A DNA stretch of 64,000 nt from a virus. Each line of letters opens with the position of its first letter. Position 1 is the first letter of the stretch. The DNA lies in the IMG/VR virus record IMGVR_UViG_3300031229_000002, positions 7,797 through 71,796 of that record, one strand, 5' to 3'. The notes beneath the pieces were generated by a model that did no database searches, was not told the DNA's origin, and saw only the letters and a list, made by a program, of their open reading frames with translations. Shown one piece after another: positions 37,501-46,460 of the stretch. Both the position numbers and the translations under genes were made by a program.

Positions 37501-37889
37501 CGGAACGCAGGCCGACGGTGCAGTTGCGGATCGTGTCGTCCGACATGGCGCACTGGTTGCAGATCCTCACCCGGACGCTGTCGGACCGCATCACCATCCG
37601 CAACGGCGAACTCGGGCTGGACGCGGATTTCCATATCGAGCGGATCGAGCAGACCCTCACCCGCATGATGGTCGACGAGGACACCTGCGAAGACCCGGTG
37701 CACTACGCGGTCTTCGGCTGCGAGCGCACCCTCGGGGACCCGACCGAGAACCCGTTCACCTTCGATGTGGCCGGGCTCGGCTTCGACGACGGCGTGTTCG
37801 ACCCGACCGCGGCCGACAATCCGGAGACGGTGTTCATCTTCGACCACGCCACGCAGGGCCAGTTCAACACGGGCCAGTTCGGTACCTGA
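34581..37889 (+). CDS. Minor tail protein with three N-terminal 186-aa repeats
   Basis: Repeats start at ~34605/35163/35721 (DxF....VD..KWP...WLRVRE..G.L.WETS.DG..W); baseplate-hub-like C-terminus. Confidence 0.8.
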   Translation: MALIGTLRDTFNDNVVDPTKWPDSYGTHSETGGRARVACDTGFNAYATDEAWTLEASEAKCQLFPPAAGGAATEAWAQLLITSTTAGTDAIIEVNAATGDLGMAVRVGFFDPGFTSLPYDPVAHAWVRIREDSGDVHWETSADGITWTTRRTETSPAWVADVDLQVQLIAHRDGGVDDFAEFDNFNVNAFAALADNFNDNTVDTAKWPDSFGTFSETGGRARVACDTGFSGYASAAIYTLEGSAASTQVFPPAAGGATVDAWAQLLVTSATPGTDAVMKVNAATGDLAMELRTGFFDPGAVLLPYDPAAHAWLRVREAGGDLLWDTSPDGVTWTTRRTAAAPTWVSDTDLQVQLVAHRDSGTDDFAEFDNFNVAPFAQLTDDFTSTTVDTEKWPANYNEGGGGLPDQPDGRARVPCDTGFAAYASAAAYTLDESYAGVHAFPPPSAGMSEAYAQLLILSGVVGTQIVFEIDAATNLLLMTVHVDFTDEGGATLPYDAAEHAWLRVRETAGTLYWETSPDGRDWTARHSDAAPAWVSDNNLQVQLLAHCSPAVTGGGPTGEFAEFDDFNITPELPDGYTVAVDWNSDGDFDDPNDDVTADVLRRGAVTFQYGRDQARQLSPPMVGSLSFGLCNADRIYSPENPDSPIVNDIAPAAPVKVEVVTGDTLYPLIRGRIDDFEVHPDRDNRTADISALDDLSLLRGTTISTELYEAQRTGTLIAVILDAIGWTAPRDLDLGGTFVPWWWAENKDAFTALTELLESEGPPSIAYVAPDGTFVFRDRHHRLLRDASITSQAAFAAREVTCDSPAVTGFSYLPPFEYVHGWRDIINSVVFAVEERRPEAGLSVVWESDDTISLALGQSIQVDVQASDPFRDVQDLRDGTDIVYTGSGVPLILLSRRSGQALTVTITAAGGTLNITHLQVRARPVPVARTVQVAADDSVSIARHSRRSYPETPPWVSANDAVAITQLLLAHYAERRPTVQLRIVSSDMAHWLQILTRTLSDRITIRNGELGLDADFHIERIEQTLTRMMVDEDTCEDPVHYAVFGCERTLGDPTENPFTFDVAGLGFDDGVFDPTAADNPETVFIFDHATQGQFNTGQFGT

Positions 37890-37934
37890 CCACTCCCGGA
37901 ATGATCTTCGGCGGGCGGGTTCTACCGTCACCGC

Positions 37935-38309
37935 ATGGTCCAGCTGATCGCCACGCGAGCACGCGCCTACGTCTACTCCGGAGACTGGGTTGCCGACTGC
38001 CCGCGCGCCTGCGGCAACGTCGAGCACCTCTACGCCCGCACCTCACGCAATCCGGCGGCGCCGCGGGTGGTGCAGCTGCCTGCCTTCTCCTGCTCGTACT
38101 GCAAACTCGCGGACGTGCCGATCGACTGGCCGCCGAACCTCGCCGACATCACGGCCGTCCTCGCACTGCGCCCGGTCCCGCACACCCGTAACTGGTATCC
38201 GGCCGGGCACGACACCGCGGTCAAGTTCCGGGTACCGCACGGGCAGACAGTGGACGAGCTGCGCGAAGAGAACGCCGAACACGGCGTCCCGACCGGGGCG
38301 GTGGCCTGA
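37935..38309 (+). CDS. Hypothetical Zn-binding protein
   Basis: WVADCPRAC...CSYC; leaderless after promoter motif (37896-37928). Confidence 0.6.
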   Translation: MVQLIATRARAYVYSGDWVADCPRACGNVEHLYARTSRNPAAPRVVQLPAFSCSYCKLADVPIDWPPNLADITAVLALRPVPHTRNWYPAGHDTAVKFRVPHGQTVDELREENAEHGVPTGAVA

Positions 38310-38851
38310 TGGCTTGGTCGGCGCCAATGACTGCGGTGGCAAATACGATCTTTTCAGCCGCGCAATTCAATCAGTACGTTCGCGACAATTTGAACGAGAC
38401 GGCGCCCGCGAAAGCCACCTCGGCCGGAAGCTACTTCGCCGTCGACGGCGTCAACAGCATCGCCGAACGCACCCCGAACCTGGATGGCATCCTCACCGCC
38501 GAAGAAACCGACTCCAGCGCCTTCACCGACCTGGACACCTTCGGGCCGTCCGTCACCGTGGACACCGGACCGTACGCCCTCGTCCTCACCCACTGCCAGG
38601 TGGAAAACGACGGCGCAGGATCCGCGTACGCCGGTGTCGAAGTCACCGGCGCCTCATCGATCGCCCCCGCCCTCAACCGGGCCATCAACGTTTTCAACTC
38701 CGCGGACACCCGCGTCGGCGCGGGGACGGCGGTGCTGTATGCGGGCGGCCTGCTCCTCACCCCAGGGTCGAACACGTTCACGATGAAATACCGGGTCAGT
38801 AGTGGCACGGGCACGTTCGCTGACCGCCGCATCATCGTGATGCCGCTCTGA
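38309..38851 (+). CDS. Minor tail/fibre protein, paralogue 1
   Basis: MAWSAPMTAVA...AAQFNQYVRDNL. Confidence 0.7.
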   Translation: MAWSAPMTAVANTIFSAAQFNQYVRDNLNETAPAKATSAGSYFAVDGVNSIAERTPNLDGILTAEETDSSAFTDLDTFGPSVTVDTGPYALVLTHCQVENDGAGSAYAGVEVTGASSIAPALNRAINVFNSADTRVGAGTAVLYAGGLLLTPGSNTFTMKYRVSSGTGTFADRRIIVMPL

Positions 38852-38867
38852 AGGGGGGCTGATTCAC

Positions 38868-39416
38868 ATCGCCTGGACAGCACCAATGACAGCGGTCGCC
38901 GGAAGCGTCTACACCGCAGCCCAATTCAACCAATTCGTCAGAGACAACCTGAACGAAACCGCCCCCGCCAAAGCAGCAACCGCAGGCGCCTACTTCGCCG
39001 TCGACGGCACCAACAGCATCATCGAACGCGTCCCCGAAGGCGCCCTCGACACCGACTCCGGCACCACCACCTCCACCAGCTTCACCGACCTCGACGCACC
39101 CGCCCTCGCCGGGCCCTCCGTGACGGTCACTACCGGGGTTTCCGCCGTGGTCATCGTGCACTGCACCCTCTCCAATTCGGGCGCTGGCTCCGCGCGCATG
39201 GGATACGACATCTCAGGCGCCGGCGCCGTAGCTGCGGCCGACAACCGCAGCATCGGTTTTTTCGGGGCTGCAGGCGCCAGCTTGGTGGCGGGCACCACTG
39301 TGCTGCACCAGTCGGGCAGCCTGACGCCTGGTGTCAACACGTTCACGGCGAAGTACCGCGTCTCGTCGGGCACGGGCACTTTCTCCGCTCGCCGTATCGC
39401 CGTTTTGCCCCTCTGA
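38868..39416 (+). CDS. Minor tail/fibre protein, paralogue 2 (ATC at homologous start; in-frame ATG at 38886)
   Basis: (I)AWTAPMTAVA...AAQFNQFVRDNL, colinear with paralogue 1. Confidence 0.7.
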   Translation: MAWTAPMTAVAGSVYTAAQFNQFVRDNLNETAPAKAATAGAYFAVDGTNSIIERVPEGALDTDSGTTTSTSFTDLDAPALAGPSVTVTTGVSAVVIVHCTLSNSGAGSARMGYDISGAGAVAAADNRSIGFFGAAGASLVAGTTVLHQSGSLTPGVNTFTAKYRVSSGTGTFSARRIAVLPL

Positions 39417-39430
39417 TCGGAGGCCTTGTT

Positions 39431-39910
39431 GTGTCTCTTCTCGTGTGCTCGCTGATCACCTCCGAACCCCAGGAAATCCCGCCTGGTGGTTATCACGTTG
39501 TGCGGTTCCCGTTCGGCGGCGGCGAATCTTATGACGCGCACGGCATGCACCAAATGTTGCAGCCGGACGGCTACCAGATCACCGACTGGCAGGCGGATGA
39601 CCGGGCCGGGCTGATCTGGCCCACCGTCGACGGGTGGGGTGTGCTCACCGCGAACATTCACTGGGAGGCGGGGAACTACAGCGAGCTGCGGGACCGGTTC
39701 GTTCGCGACCCGCTCGGCTTGTCGACGGGCTACGACTCGACCGCAACCGATCACCGGCCACCGTCGCCGGGCATGCAGTGTTTCACCAAGCAGCATCAGA
39801 TGTTCGTGCATCCGGGTACGCCGGTGGCGTTGCTGGTCGCGCACACCGACAGCAGCCCGCGGCGTGTGACGCACGCGCAGTTCAAACTCGCCATTCACGC
39901 GGGGGGTTGA
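39431..39910 (+). CDS. Hypothetical tail-region protein
   Basis: GGAGG RBS. Confidence 0.6.
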   Translation: MSLLVCSLITSEPQEIPPGGYHVVRFPFGGGESYDAHGMHQMLQPDGYQITDWQADDRAGLIWPTVDGWGVLTANIHWEAGNYSELRDRFVRDPLGLSTGYDSTATDHRPPSPGMQCFTKQHQMFVHPGTPVALLVAHTDSSPRRVTHAQFKLAIHAGG

Positions 39911-39911
39911 G

Positions 39912-40754
39912 ATGGCCTGGTATCCGGGCGCCGTGAAGATGGAGCTGCAGCCGGAGTCGGATGCGCAGCCCGCGATCCGGCCGACGCAGCTCATCTTCCA
40001 CAGCGTCGTCGCCCCGTGGACGGCACGGCGTACGTATGAGTTCTGGCGGGACAGCACGAACCTCGAGAGTCATTTCGGTGTCGGCTACGACGGCGACATC
40101 GCCCAGTACATCGGCACCGAGACCCGCGCGGACGCCAACGCGGCAGCGAACCGGCGCCCGGACGGAACCGGCGCGATCAGCTGCGAGACCGCCTCCAACA
40201 CCAGCGCATCCGACCCGTGGACAGCGCAGCAGATCGAGCAACTCATCCGGCTCGGCGTGTGGATGCACCAACGGCACGAGGTCCCGCTGAGGATCTGCCG
40301 CAGCTGGTCCGACCCCGGATACGGCTACCACCGCCTGTTCCCACAGTGGTCTACCAGCGGGACCGCGTGCCCCGGCAACGCCCGCATCGAGCAGTTCAAG
40401 ACGGTCGTGTTCCCGGGCATCGTCGCCCGCGCCGCCGGCCAGAGCGAGGAGGACGACATGCCCACCGTCGAAGAGATCGTCAAGGGCATCGCCACGAAGG
40501 ACGGCCACTTCGGCGTGTCCGCACGCTGGCGTGAGGCCAACCCGACCAACGACAAATGGAAGCTCGAATCCATCCTCGCCTACATCGGCGACCGGGTCCT
40601 CGACGTCAGCGCCCAGGTGAACGGACTCACCGCGGCCGGGCTGACGGACGCGCAAGTCCAGGCCATCGCCGACAAGGTCGCCGCATCCCCGCAACTGGCC
40701 GACACCATCGCCTCCAAGGTCGCGGACCTGCTGGCCGCGCGCCTCGCCGAATAG
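39912..40754 (+). CDS. Endolysin, N-acetylmuramoyl-L-alanine amidase (Amidase_2-like)
   Basis: LIFHS, SHFGVGYDGDIAQY, ISCET, GYHR, TACPG. Confidence 0.85.
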   Translation: MAWYPGAVKMELQPESDAQPAIRPTQLIFHSVVAPWTARRTYEFWRDSTNLESHFGVGYDGDIAQYIGTETRADANAAANRRPDGTGAISCETASNTSASDPWTAQQIEQLIRLGVWMHQRHEVPLRICRSWSDPGYGYHRLFPQWSTSGTACPGNARIEQFKTVVFPGIVARAAGQSEEDDMPTVEEIVKGIATKDGHFGVSARWREANPTNDKWKLESILAYIGDRVLDVSAQVNGLTAAGLTDAQVQAIADKVAASPQLADTIASKVADLLAARLAE

Positions 40755-40771
40755 AAACGGAAACCCGAACC

Positions 40772-40966
40772 ATGAAGATCAGCCCCTATTGGAAGGCCAT
40801 CGTCGCCGCGATCGCGGCCGGCGCCGCGTCCATATCCGCCGCGCTGGAGGACAACCGCGTCACCGCAGAGGAAGGCTGGACGACGTTGATCGCCGTGCTG
40901 GTCGCGCTCGGCTTCACCTGGGCTGTACCGAACAAGCCCGTCACTGGAGAGGACAGCAACGCATGA
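40772..40966 (+). CDS. Holin-like two-TM protein
   Basis: YWKAIVA...VTAEEGW...TWAVPN after endolysin. Confidence 0.7.
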   Translation: MKISPYWKAIVAAIAAGAASISAALEDNRVTAEEGWTTLIAVLVALGFTWAVPNKPVTGEDSNA

Positions 40967-41226
40967 GCAGCCCCTTGGATGGACGTATCCGCAAGCTCGC
41001 CCGCGAGGAAGCCGCCGACCTGCTCGGCGTGGGGGCGCCCGAGGCGCCGGACCTCCAGGGACTACAGCAGCAGATCACCGACCTGCACGAGCACCTCCAT
41101 CACGCCGCGACCACCATCGCCCGCCTCGAAGACCGCGTGGACGTGCTGGAGAAGACACCGTCTGCGGGCGAGCAGGCCAAGACGGTGAGCCGCCGCACCG
41201 CGGCCCGCAAGGAGACCAGCGAGTGA
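40963..41226 (+). CDS. Hypothetical coiled-coil protein
   Basis: ATGA coupling; heptad pattern. Confidence 0.55.
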   Translation: MSSPLDGRIRKLAREEAADLLGVGAPEAPDLQGLQQQITDLHEHLHHAATTIARLEDRVDVLEKTPSAGEQAKTVSRRTAARKETSE

Positions 41227-43430
41227 AGGTCATCGTGTACCCGGCCGATGCCTTCGGGTGTGGCAGCTTCCGTATGCGTTGGCCTGGTGAGGCGTGCGCG
41301 GCGGCCGGGCACGATGTGAGCGTGGTCGAGCCCAGGGACCGCAAGCTGCGGGTGGTGATGGAGGGCGACACCGTCAAGGACGTCCTCGACATCGACGCGG
41401 ACGTCGTCGTCTTGCAGCGGGTCACGCACGCGTACATGGCTCAAGCGGTCGCCGTGATGCGGGCGAAGGGGGTCACGGTGGTGGTGGATGTCGACGACGA
41501 CCTGTCGTCGATCCACCCGTCGAATCCGGCGTGGGCGATGCATCATCCGGGGAATGAGGGCAAGCGGCTGGAGGGTAGTCGGCAGGTGCACCGGCATTCG
41601 TGGCGGAACCTCGCCGCGGCGTGCCGGGATGCGACGTTGGTGACGGTGTCGACGCCTGCCCTGCTGGACGTGTACGCCAGGCACGGCCGCGGGCATGTGC
41701 TGCCGAACTACCTGCCCGACATGTACTACGGGATCGAGCGTACGGACTCGGACACGGTCGGCTGGCCGGGCTCCTTCCACTCGCATCCGAACGATCCGGA
41801 GGTGGTCGGCGGCGCGGTCGCGCGGCTCGTCGAGGAGGGCGCGTCGTTCGTGATGCGCGGCGACTCGACGGGCGCGGGGAAGGCGCTCGGTCTCGCGGCC
41901 GATCCGCCGGGCGGTGCGGTGCCGATCGAGGAGTGGCCGCGGGCGGTCGCCTCGTTGGGGGTGGGGATTGCGCCACTGGCTGATACCCGCTTCAACGCCG
42001 CAAAGTGTGTAGACTCAAGTATGCGAATCTGCACCCATAGAGGGGTAGTTGAAGCCGGTGAGATCGAACCCGGCGATCAGGTATGGCGCAACGGCTGGAA
42101 GGCTGTCGAAGCCGTCGAGCACGACGTACCGCAGCCCGGCGTAGAGATCACGACCGAAGGCGGGTACAAGCTCCGGCTGACCCCCGAGCACCGGATGCTC
42201 GTCAACGGAGAGTGGACCCACGCGAAGAACATCGCCGTGGGCGACACCATGGCCATGGAGCCAGAGCCGATTGGGCCGACGGCCCAGGTGCGGGCTCCGT
42301 GGCCTGCCGACAGTCGCATGAACCGTCGTGCGGAAGTGGACTACTCGGCCTTCCTCACGGCGCCTGACAGCCCGCGCATCGATATCTCTCCCAGGTGGGG
42401 ACGCTTCTTCGGGGCGTTCGTTGGGGACGGGAGTTGCAGGCACACAACTCAACTTGAGATCTCGTGCGATGGGCAGGACCAGGACTGGATCGACATACTC
42501 ATGGACGACTTCCGTGCTTTCGGGTTCAGTCCGTTGACCGAGAAGAAGACCATGTTCAACGGCACTGTGCTGCGTCGGCGCGGCGTGCGCGTCTCATCCG
42601 CACACCTCCTTCGGGTTCTGAACAGTCTGGGTCTCACCGAGGATCGTCCAAGCGGGGTTCCCATCAGGAAGGTATGCGTGCCGGAAGTGATCTGGCGATC
42701 CCCGCGCGAGGTGATCGCTGAGTTCCTAGCGGGCTACTTCGAGGCGGATGGGTGTCCGGCCAGAAACGGGGTCAGCGCCGTATCGAAGGACGAGCAGTTG
42801 ATCCGTGACATTCAGCGACTCCTGCTGCTCTTCGGCATCGTCTCCCGGGTGGGCCCCCGAACTCACCGAGCGCAGAACGGGTTCAGCGGCGAGTACTGGC
42901 ACCTGACAATGGGGCGTGCGGCCGCAGATGTCTTCGCCAAGGAGATCGGGTTCCGCTCGGCGCGCAAGTCGGCGCGGCTGGCTGAGATCACCGGCAGGCC
43001 GCACTCGAATGCGTACCGGCCGATGAACTGGGCGCCGAAGGTGACCGAGGTCAAGCCGTGCATGGTCACGCCGGTGGACATCCAGGTGGAGGGAAGCGAG
43101 TACATCGCGGCCGGGTTCGTGAGCCACAACTCGTGGCTGAAGCCGTTGGAGATGTCGGCGGCTGGGGTGCCGTGGGTGGCGTCACCGCGGGCCGAGTACC
43201 GGCGTCTGCATGATATGGGCGCGGGTGTGCTCGCCGAGCGGCCGCGGGTCTGGTACCGGCAGTTGCGTAGGTTGCGGGAGTCGGCCGCGATGCGGGAGGA
43301 CTTGAGCGACGCAGGGCGCATGGTGGCCGACAGGCTCCGGCTGTCACAGCACTCGTGGCGTTGGGCTGAGGCGTGGCAGAGGGCGTACGAGGTGCAGCAG
43401 GCTACGCCGCGCACTGCGGTAGTGGTGTAG
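41223..43430 (+). CDS. GT-B (GT4-like) glycosyltransferase containing an intein
   Basis: VVVLQR, VDVDDDL, VTVSTPAL, LPNY, GIAPL..TRFNAAK/SWLKPLEMSAAGVPWVAS. Confidence 0.8.
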   Translation: MKVIVYPADAFGCGSFRMRWPGEACAAAGHDVSVVEPRDRKLRVVMEGDTVKDVLDIDADVVVLQRVTHAYMAQAVAVMRAKGVTVVVDVDDDLSSIHPSNPAWAMHHPGNEGKRLEGSRQVHRHSWRNLAAACRDATLVTVSTPALLDVYARHGRGHVLPNYLPDMYYGIERTDSDTVGWPGSFHSHPNDPEVVGGAVARLVEEGASFVMRGDSTGAGKALGLAADPPGGAVPIEEWPRAVASLGVGIAPLADTRFNAAKCVDSSMRICTHRGVVEAGEIEPGDQVWRNGWKAVEAVEHDVPQPGVEITTEGGYKLRLTPEHRMLVNGEWTHAKNIAVGDTMAMEPEPIGPTAQVRAPWPADSRMNRRAEVDYSAFLTAPDSPRIDISPRWGRFFGAFVGDGSCRHTTQLEISCDGQDQDWIDILMDDFRAFGFSPLTEKKTMFNGTVLRRRGVRVSSAHLLRVLNSLGLTEDRPSGVPIRKVCVPEVIWRSPREVIAEFLAGYFEADGCPARNGVSAVSKDEQLIRDIQRLLLLFGIVSRVGPRTHRAQNGFSGEYWHLTMGRAAADVFAKEIGFRSARKSARLAEITGRPHSNAYRPMNWAPKVTEVKPCMVTPVDIQVEGSEYIAAGFVSHNSWLKPLEMSAAGVPWVASPRAEYRRLHDMGAGVLAERPRVWYRQLRRLRESAAMREDLSDAGRMVADRLRLSQHSWRWAEAWQRAYEVQQATPRTAVVV
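42006..43130 (+). mobile_element. Intein (375 aa) with LAGLIDADG endonuclease
   Basis: Starts CVDSSMRI, LRLTPEHR block B, FFGAFVGDG and FLAGYFEADG, ends GFVSHN then Ser. Confidence 0.92.
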
Positions 43431-43791
43431 CGGCGATTGGTTCCTCGCGCACGTCCCGAATCCACGAGATCCCGCAGGCGATGCAGAGTTCGTGCGGGTC
43501 GGAGTAGACCAGCGCCGTGCCGAGACACAGCGGGCACTTCGCCCTCGTACGGACGCGGCGCAACTGGTCGCGCTGGTAGGTGGTCGTCCCGCCCCAATAC
43601 CCTTCGGCCCGGTTGAGCATCGCCCACGCCAGGCAGCGGGTGCGGACGTCGCACGTCTGGCACCACTCCTGCGCGGCGGCGAGACCGGCGTCCGTTTCGA
43701 CGTCGGGGACGAAGTCGTAGCCGACGGTGGCGCAGGGGGCGTCGGCCTGCCAGGCGACGTCATCGGCGGAGAAGAAATCGACGATGCTCAC
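43402..43791 (-). CDS. WhiB-family regulator with C-terminal zinc ribbon
   Basis: WQADAPC...CQTCDVRTRC...GYWGGTT; CPLC...CIAC. Confidence 0.8.
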   Translation of the reverse strand: MSIVDFFSADDVAWQADAPCATVGYDFVPDVETDAGLAAAQEWCQTCDVRTRCLAWAMLNRAEGYWGGTTTYQRDQLRRVRTRAKCPLCLGTALVYSDPHELCIACGISWIRDVREEPIAATPLPQCAA

Positions 43792-43801
43792 GGCCGCCTC
43801 C

Positions 43802-44071
43802 TCACGGGCATGGGGTGCCGTCGTCGACGACCCACACCATGCCGACGCCGTCTGAGCACGTACGGATCCGTGCGGCCTTCTTCAGGCGTTTCGTGGACTC
43901 GGCAACGGTCGGCCGGTCCAGGCCGGTTGCCTGAGCGAGGGCGCTGCGGGAGCCGATGCCGTCGGCGATGAGCTTGTAGATGGTCTCGTCGCGGGCGATC
44001 ACTTGGGGACTGCGTGGCCGTCCGGGGCGTCCGGTGCGGTGTGCGGTCTGCTGCATTGCGGGGCCTCGCAT
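43802..44071 (-). CDS. HTH DNA-binding protein (start may be 44056)
   Basis: GRPRSPQVIARD...SRSALAQATGLDRPTV. Confidence 0.65.
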   Translation of the reverse strand: MRGPAMQQTAHRTGRPGRPRSPQVIARDETIYKLIADGIGSRSALAQATGLDRPTVAESTKRLKKAARIRTCSDGVGMVWVVDDGTPCP

Positions 44072-44210
44072 TCACTTGGCCGATTGGCTGAATACCATTA
44101 TGCAGAGGGATGCAAGTGACCACCGTTGCCGGAATATGCCAGACAGCACGCGTGTGACACTCACGTTCGAAAGGCCCGCACCGTGGGCCCGCGTGACCCT
44201 GGAGGGACCG

Positions 44211-44501
44211 ATGGATCTGCTCATCCTCGTCGGCGGTGGGGCCGCTGCGCTGCTTGCGATCGGGGCACTGGCTCGCGGGGTATGGCGGATCAACCGCAGG
44301 ATCGTGACGATCGTGGACGCGGTACAGGAACTGTCACCGAACGGCGGCCGGTCCATCAAAGACACGGTCACCAGGACGGAGCAGAAGGTGGACGACGCAG
44401 CGTCCAAGGTGGACGCCACCGCAGCGAGAGTCGACGACACGGCACGGGAGTTGTGCGAGCTGAAGCAGCAGTTCGAGGAGCACCTCAACGGAGGTAGCTG
44501 A
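44211..44501 (+). CDS. Membrane protein with coiled coil (SPNGG motif)
   Basis: GGAGGG RBS; TM helix; ELSPNGGRSIKD. Confidence 0.65.
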   Translation: MDLLILVGGGAAALLAIGALARGVWRINRRIVTIVDAVQELSPNGGRSIKDTVTRTEQKVDDAASKVDATAARVDDTARELCELKQQFEEHLNGGS

Positions 44502-44568
44502 CCACGGGCTGCGGCGTTGGATCCGCAGCGCCACCAGTACGCGTGAGGCGTCTGCCATCCTGGGACGC

Positions 44569-44766
44569 GTGGACGATGTGGTGATCGAGGTGACCCGCGA
44601 GGAGTGGCTCGCCGGGTGCCGCCGCGCGCTCGCCGACCTCGGGTTGACGTACACCGAGTTGGAGCGGCAGGCACGGGACCGTGGCGGAACCTTCGTGTCG
44701 GCGCAGGCGCAGGTGCTGTGGGTGTCGATCGGGGGCACGGTGACGTCCGAGGAGCTCGGGGAGTAG
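44569..44766 (+). CDS. Hypothetical protein
   Basis: CATCCT 7 nt before GTG. Confidence 0.5.
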   Translation: MDDVVIEVTREEWLAGCRRALADLGLTYTELERQARDRGGTFVSAQAQVLWVSIGGTVTSEELGE

Positions 44767-44769
44767 CAG

Positions 44770-44949
44770 CTACGCCGCTTCGACGATCTCGGCCCGTACC
44801 GCGGCAGCCCACTCCGTATACAACTCCTCCAACCGGGCCCGACCCTCCGCCGTCAGCCGCACCCGCGGGTCCGCCCACAGCGCGCGGATCTCCTCGTTGA
44901 GCACGGCAGCAGACCGCACGGAACCAGGGCTCACAGGGGTGGAGGGCAT
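44770..44949 (-). CDS. Hypothetical protein
   Basis: RSAAVLNEEIRALW...EWAAA; divergent from XRE gene. Confidence 0.6.
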   Translation of the reverse strand: MPSTPVSPGSVRSAAVLNEEIRALWADPRVRLTAEGRARLEELYTEWAAAVRAEIVEAA

Positions 44950-45066
44950 GCGGACAAGCCTACGGGCAACGCCCACCCCACCCCAGCAAGTTGACGACGA
45001 CCTCCCACACACGCCCCGCCAGCCGTACCGTGGAAACACCACATCCTCTGGCGGGGAGAACACACC

Positions 45067-46290
45067 ATGGCCACACCCGGGCCCATCGGCCGCGCCCTCA
45101 GCACACTCCGCGACTTCCGCGGCGGCATCACCCAAGAAGACCTCGCGGAACGCTCCGGCGTCCACGTCGACACCATCCGCAAACTCGAACAGGGCACACG
45201 CCAGTCCGCGCGCATCGACACCCTCCGCAAACTCGCCCGCGCCCTGGACACCGAACTCGACCGGCTCCTAGGACATCCCACCGTGACCCAGCACAGTCCC
45301 GACGACGGCGGCCTCCTCGCACTCCGCGACGCGGTCCAAGACGTCGATACCCTCCCCGGCGTACCGGCCGGCGCGCTTGACGACGAGCCGCCGCCCGCAG
45401 CCGAGTGGATGGCCAACGTGAAGCAAGCCACCACCCTCTACTGGGGCGGCGGCTACAGCGACTTGTCGGGCACACTCCCGCTGCTGCTGCGCCAGGGGCG
45501 GGCCGTTGCCCGCGACGCGACCGGCGGCATCGTCGAGCAGGTGTGGCGGCAGCTCGCGCTCGCCTACCAGCTGGCGGCTTCGTTGGCGACGCAGGCCGGG
45601 CACCCGGACTGGGCGTTCGCCGCCGTCGAGAAGCAACTCGCCGCCGCGCAACGGGCGTCCGATCCGCTCATGGAGGGCATGGGCGTGAGCACGCTCTCGT
45701 GGATCCTGCTCAGGCAGGGCCGCTGGGAGCAGGCACAAGCGGTCTCCGAGCGGAAGGCGAGCGCGCTGGAGCCCAGCTTCAGCAAGTCCACCGCAGCGCA
45801 GTACGCGGTGTATGGGAATCTGCTGGTGTCGGCTGCTACTCCGGCTGCGCGACGCGACCGGCACAACGACGCGAAGCAGTTCCTGAACATGGCCGAGTCG
45901 GCGGCTGTCCGTTCCGGTCCCGTCCGCGTGTACGGGACGGCGTTCTCCGTGCCCGATGTGAAGACCCAGCAGGTGAACATCGCGCTGGCCGGTGAGGAGC
46001 CGCGGCCGGACGAGGCGCTGTCCCTCGCCGGTGATGTAGATCTCGGCGCCATCACGCGACCGGTTCATGCGGCGTCGCACCGTGTGGATGTGGCGCAGGC
46101 TCAGTACCAGATCGGCGACAGCGACAGCGCACTCACGACCTTGCTGGAGGTGGAGGAAGTACAGCCTGAGTGGATCCGTTACCAGACACTGGCGACGGCC
46201 ACGGTGCGGGAGATGCTGGAGACGGAGCGCCGCCGGAACACACTGCTGAGAGGGCTCGCCGCGCGACTCGGGGTCGACCCGGCTCTGTAA
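45067..46290 (+). CDS. XRE-family HTH regulator with TPR-like C-terminus
   Basis: ITQEDLAERSGVHVDTIRKLEQG; helical repeats; PEWIRYQ. Confidence 0.85.
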   Translation: MATPGPIGRALSTLRDFRGGITQEDLAERSGVHVDTIRKLEQGTRQSARIDTLRKLARALDTELDRLLGHPTVTQHSPDDGGLLALRDAVQDVDTLPGVPAGALDDEPPPAAEWMANVKQATTLYWGGGYSDLSGTLPLLLRQGRAVARDATGGIVEQVWRQLALAYQLAASLATQAGHPDWAFAAVEKQLAAAQRASDPLMEGMGVSTLSWILLRQGRWEQAQAVSERKASALEPSFSKSTAAQYAVYGNLLVSAATPAARRDRHNDAKQFLNMAESAAVRSGPVRVYGTAFSVPDVKTQQVNIALAGEEPRPDEALSLAGDVDLGAITRPVHAASHRVDVAQAQYQIGDSDSALTTLLEVEEVQPEWIRYQTLATATVREMLETERRRNTLLRGLAARLGVDPAL

Positions 46291-46460
46291 GCAGGTAGGA
46301 CAACGCGTCCTAGTCGGGGGAGAATTGACGGTGCGACTGGTGGCCTATGTCACTGGGCTGTGTTCACACAGACACCTAGCGTGATCTGTCGTGAGGCGGC
46401 GCCGACCCATCCCCCGCCAGAGGACCGGTCGGCGCCGCGGCAACCCAAGCCCCTGGAGTC

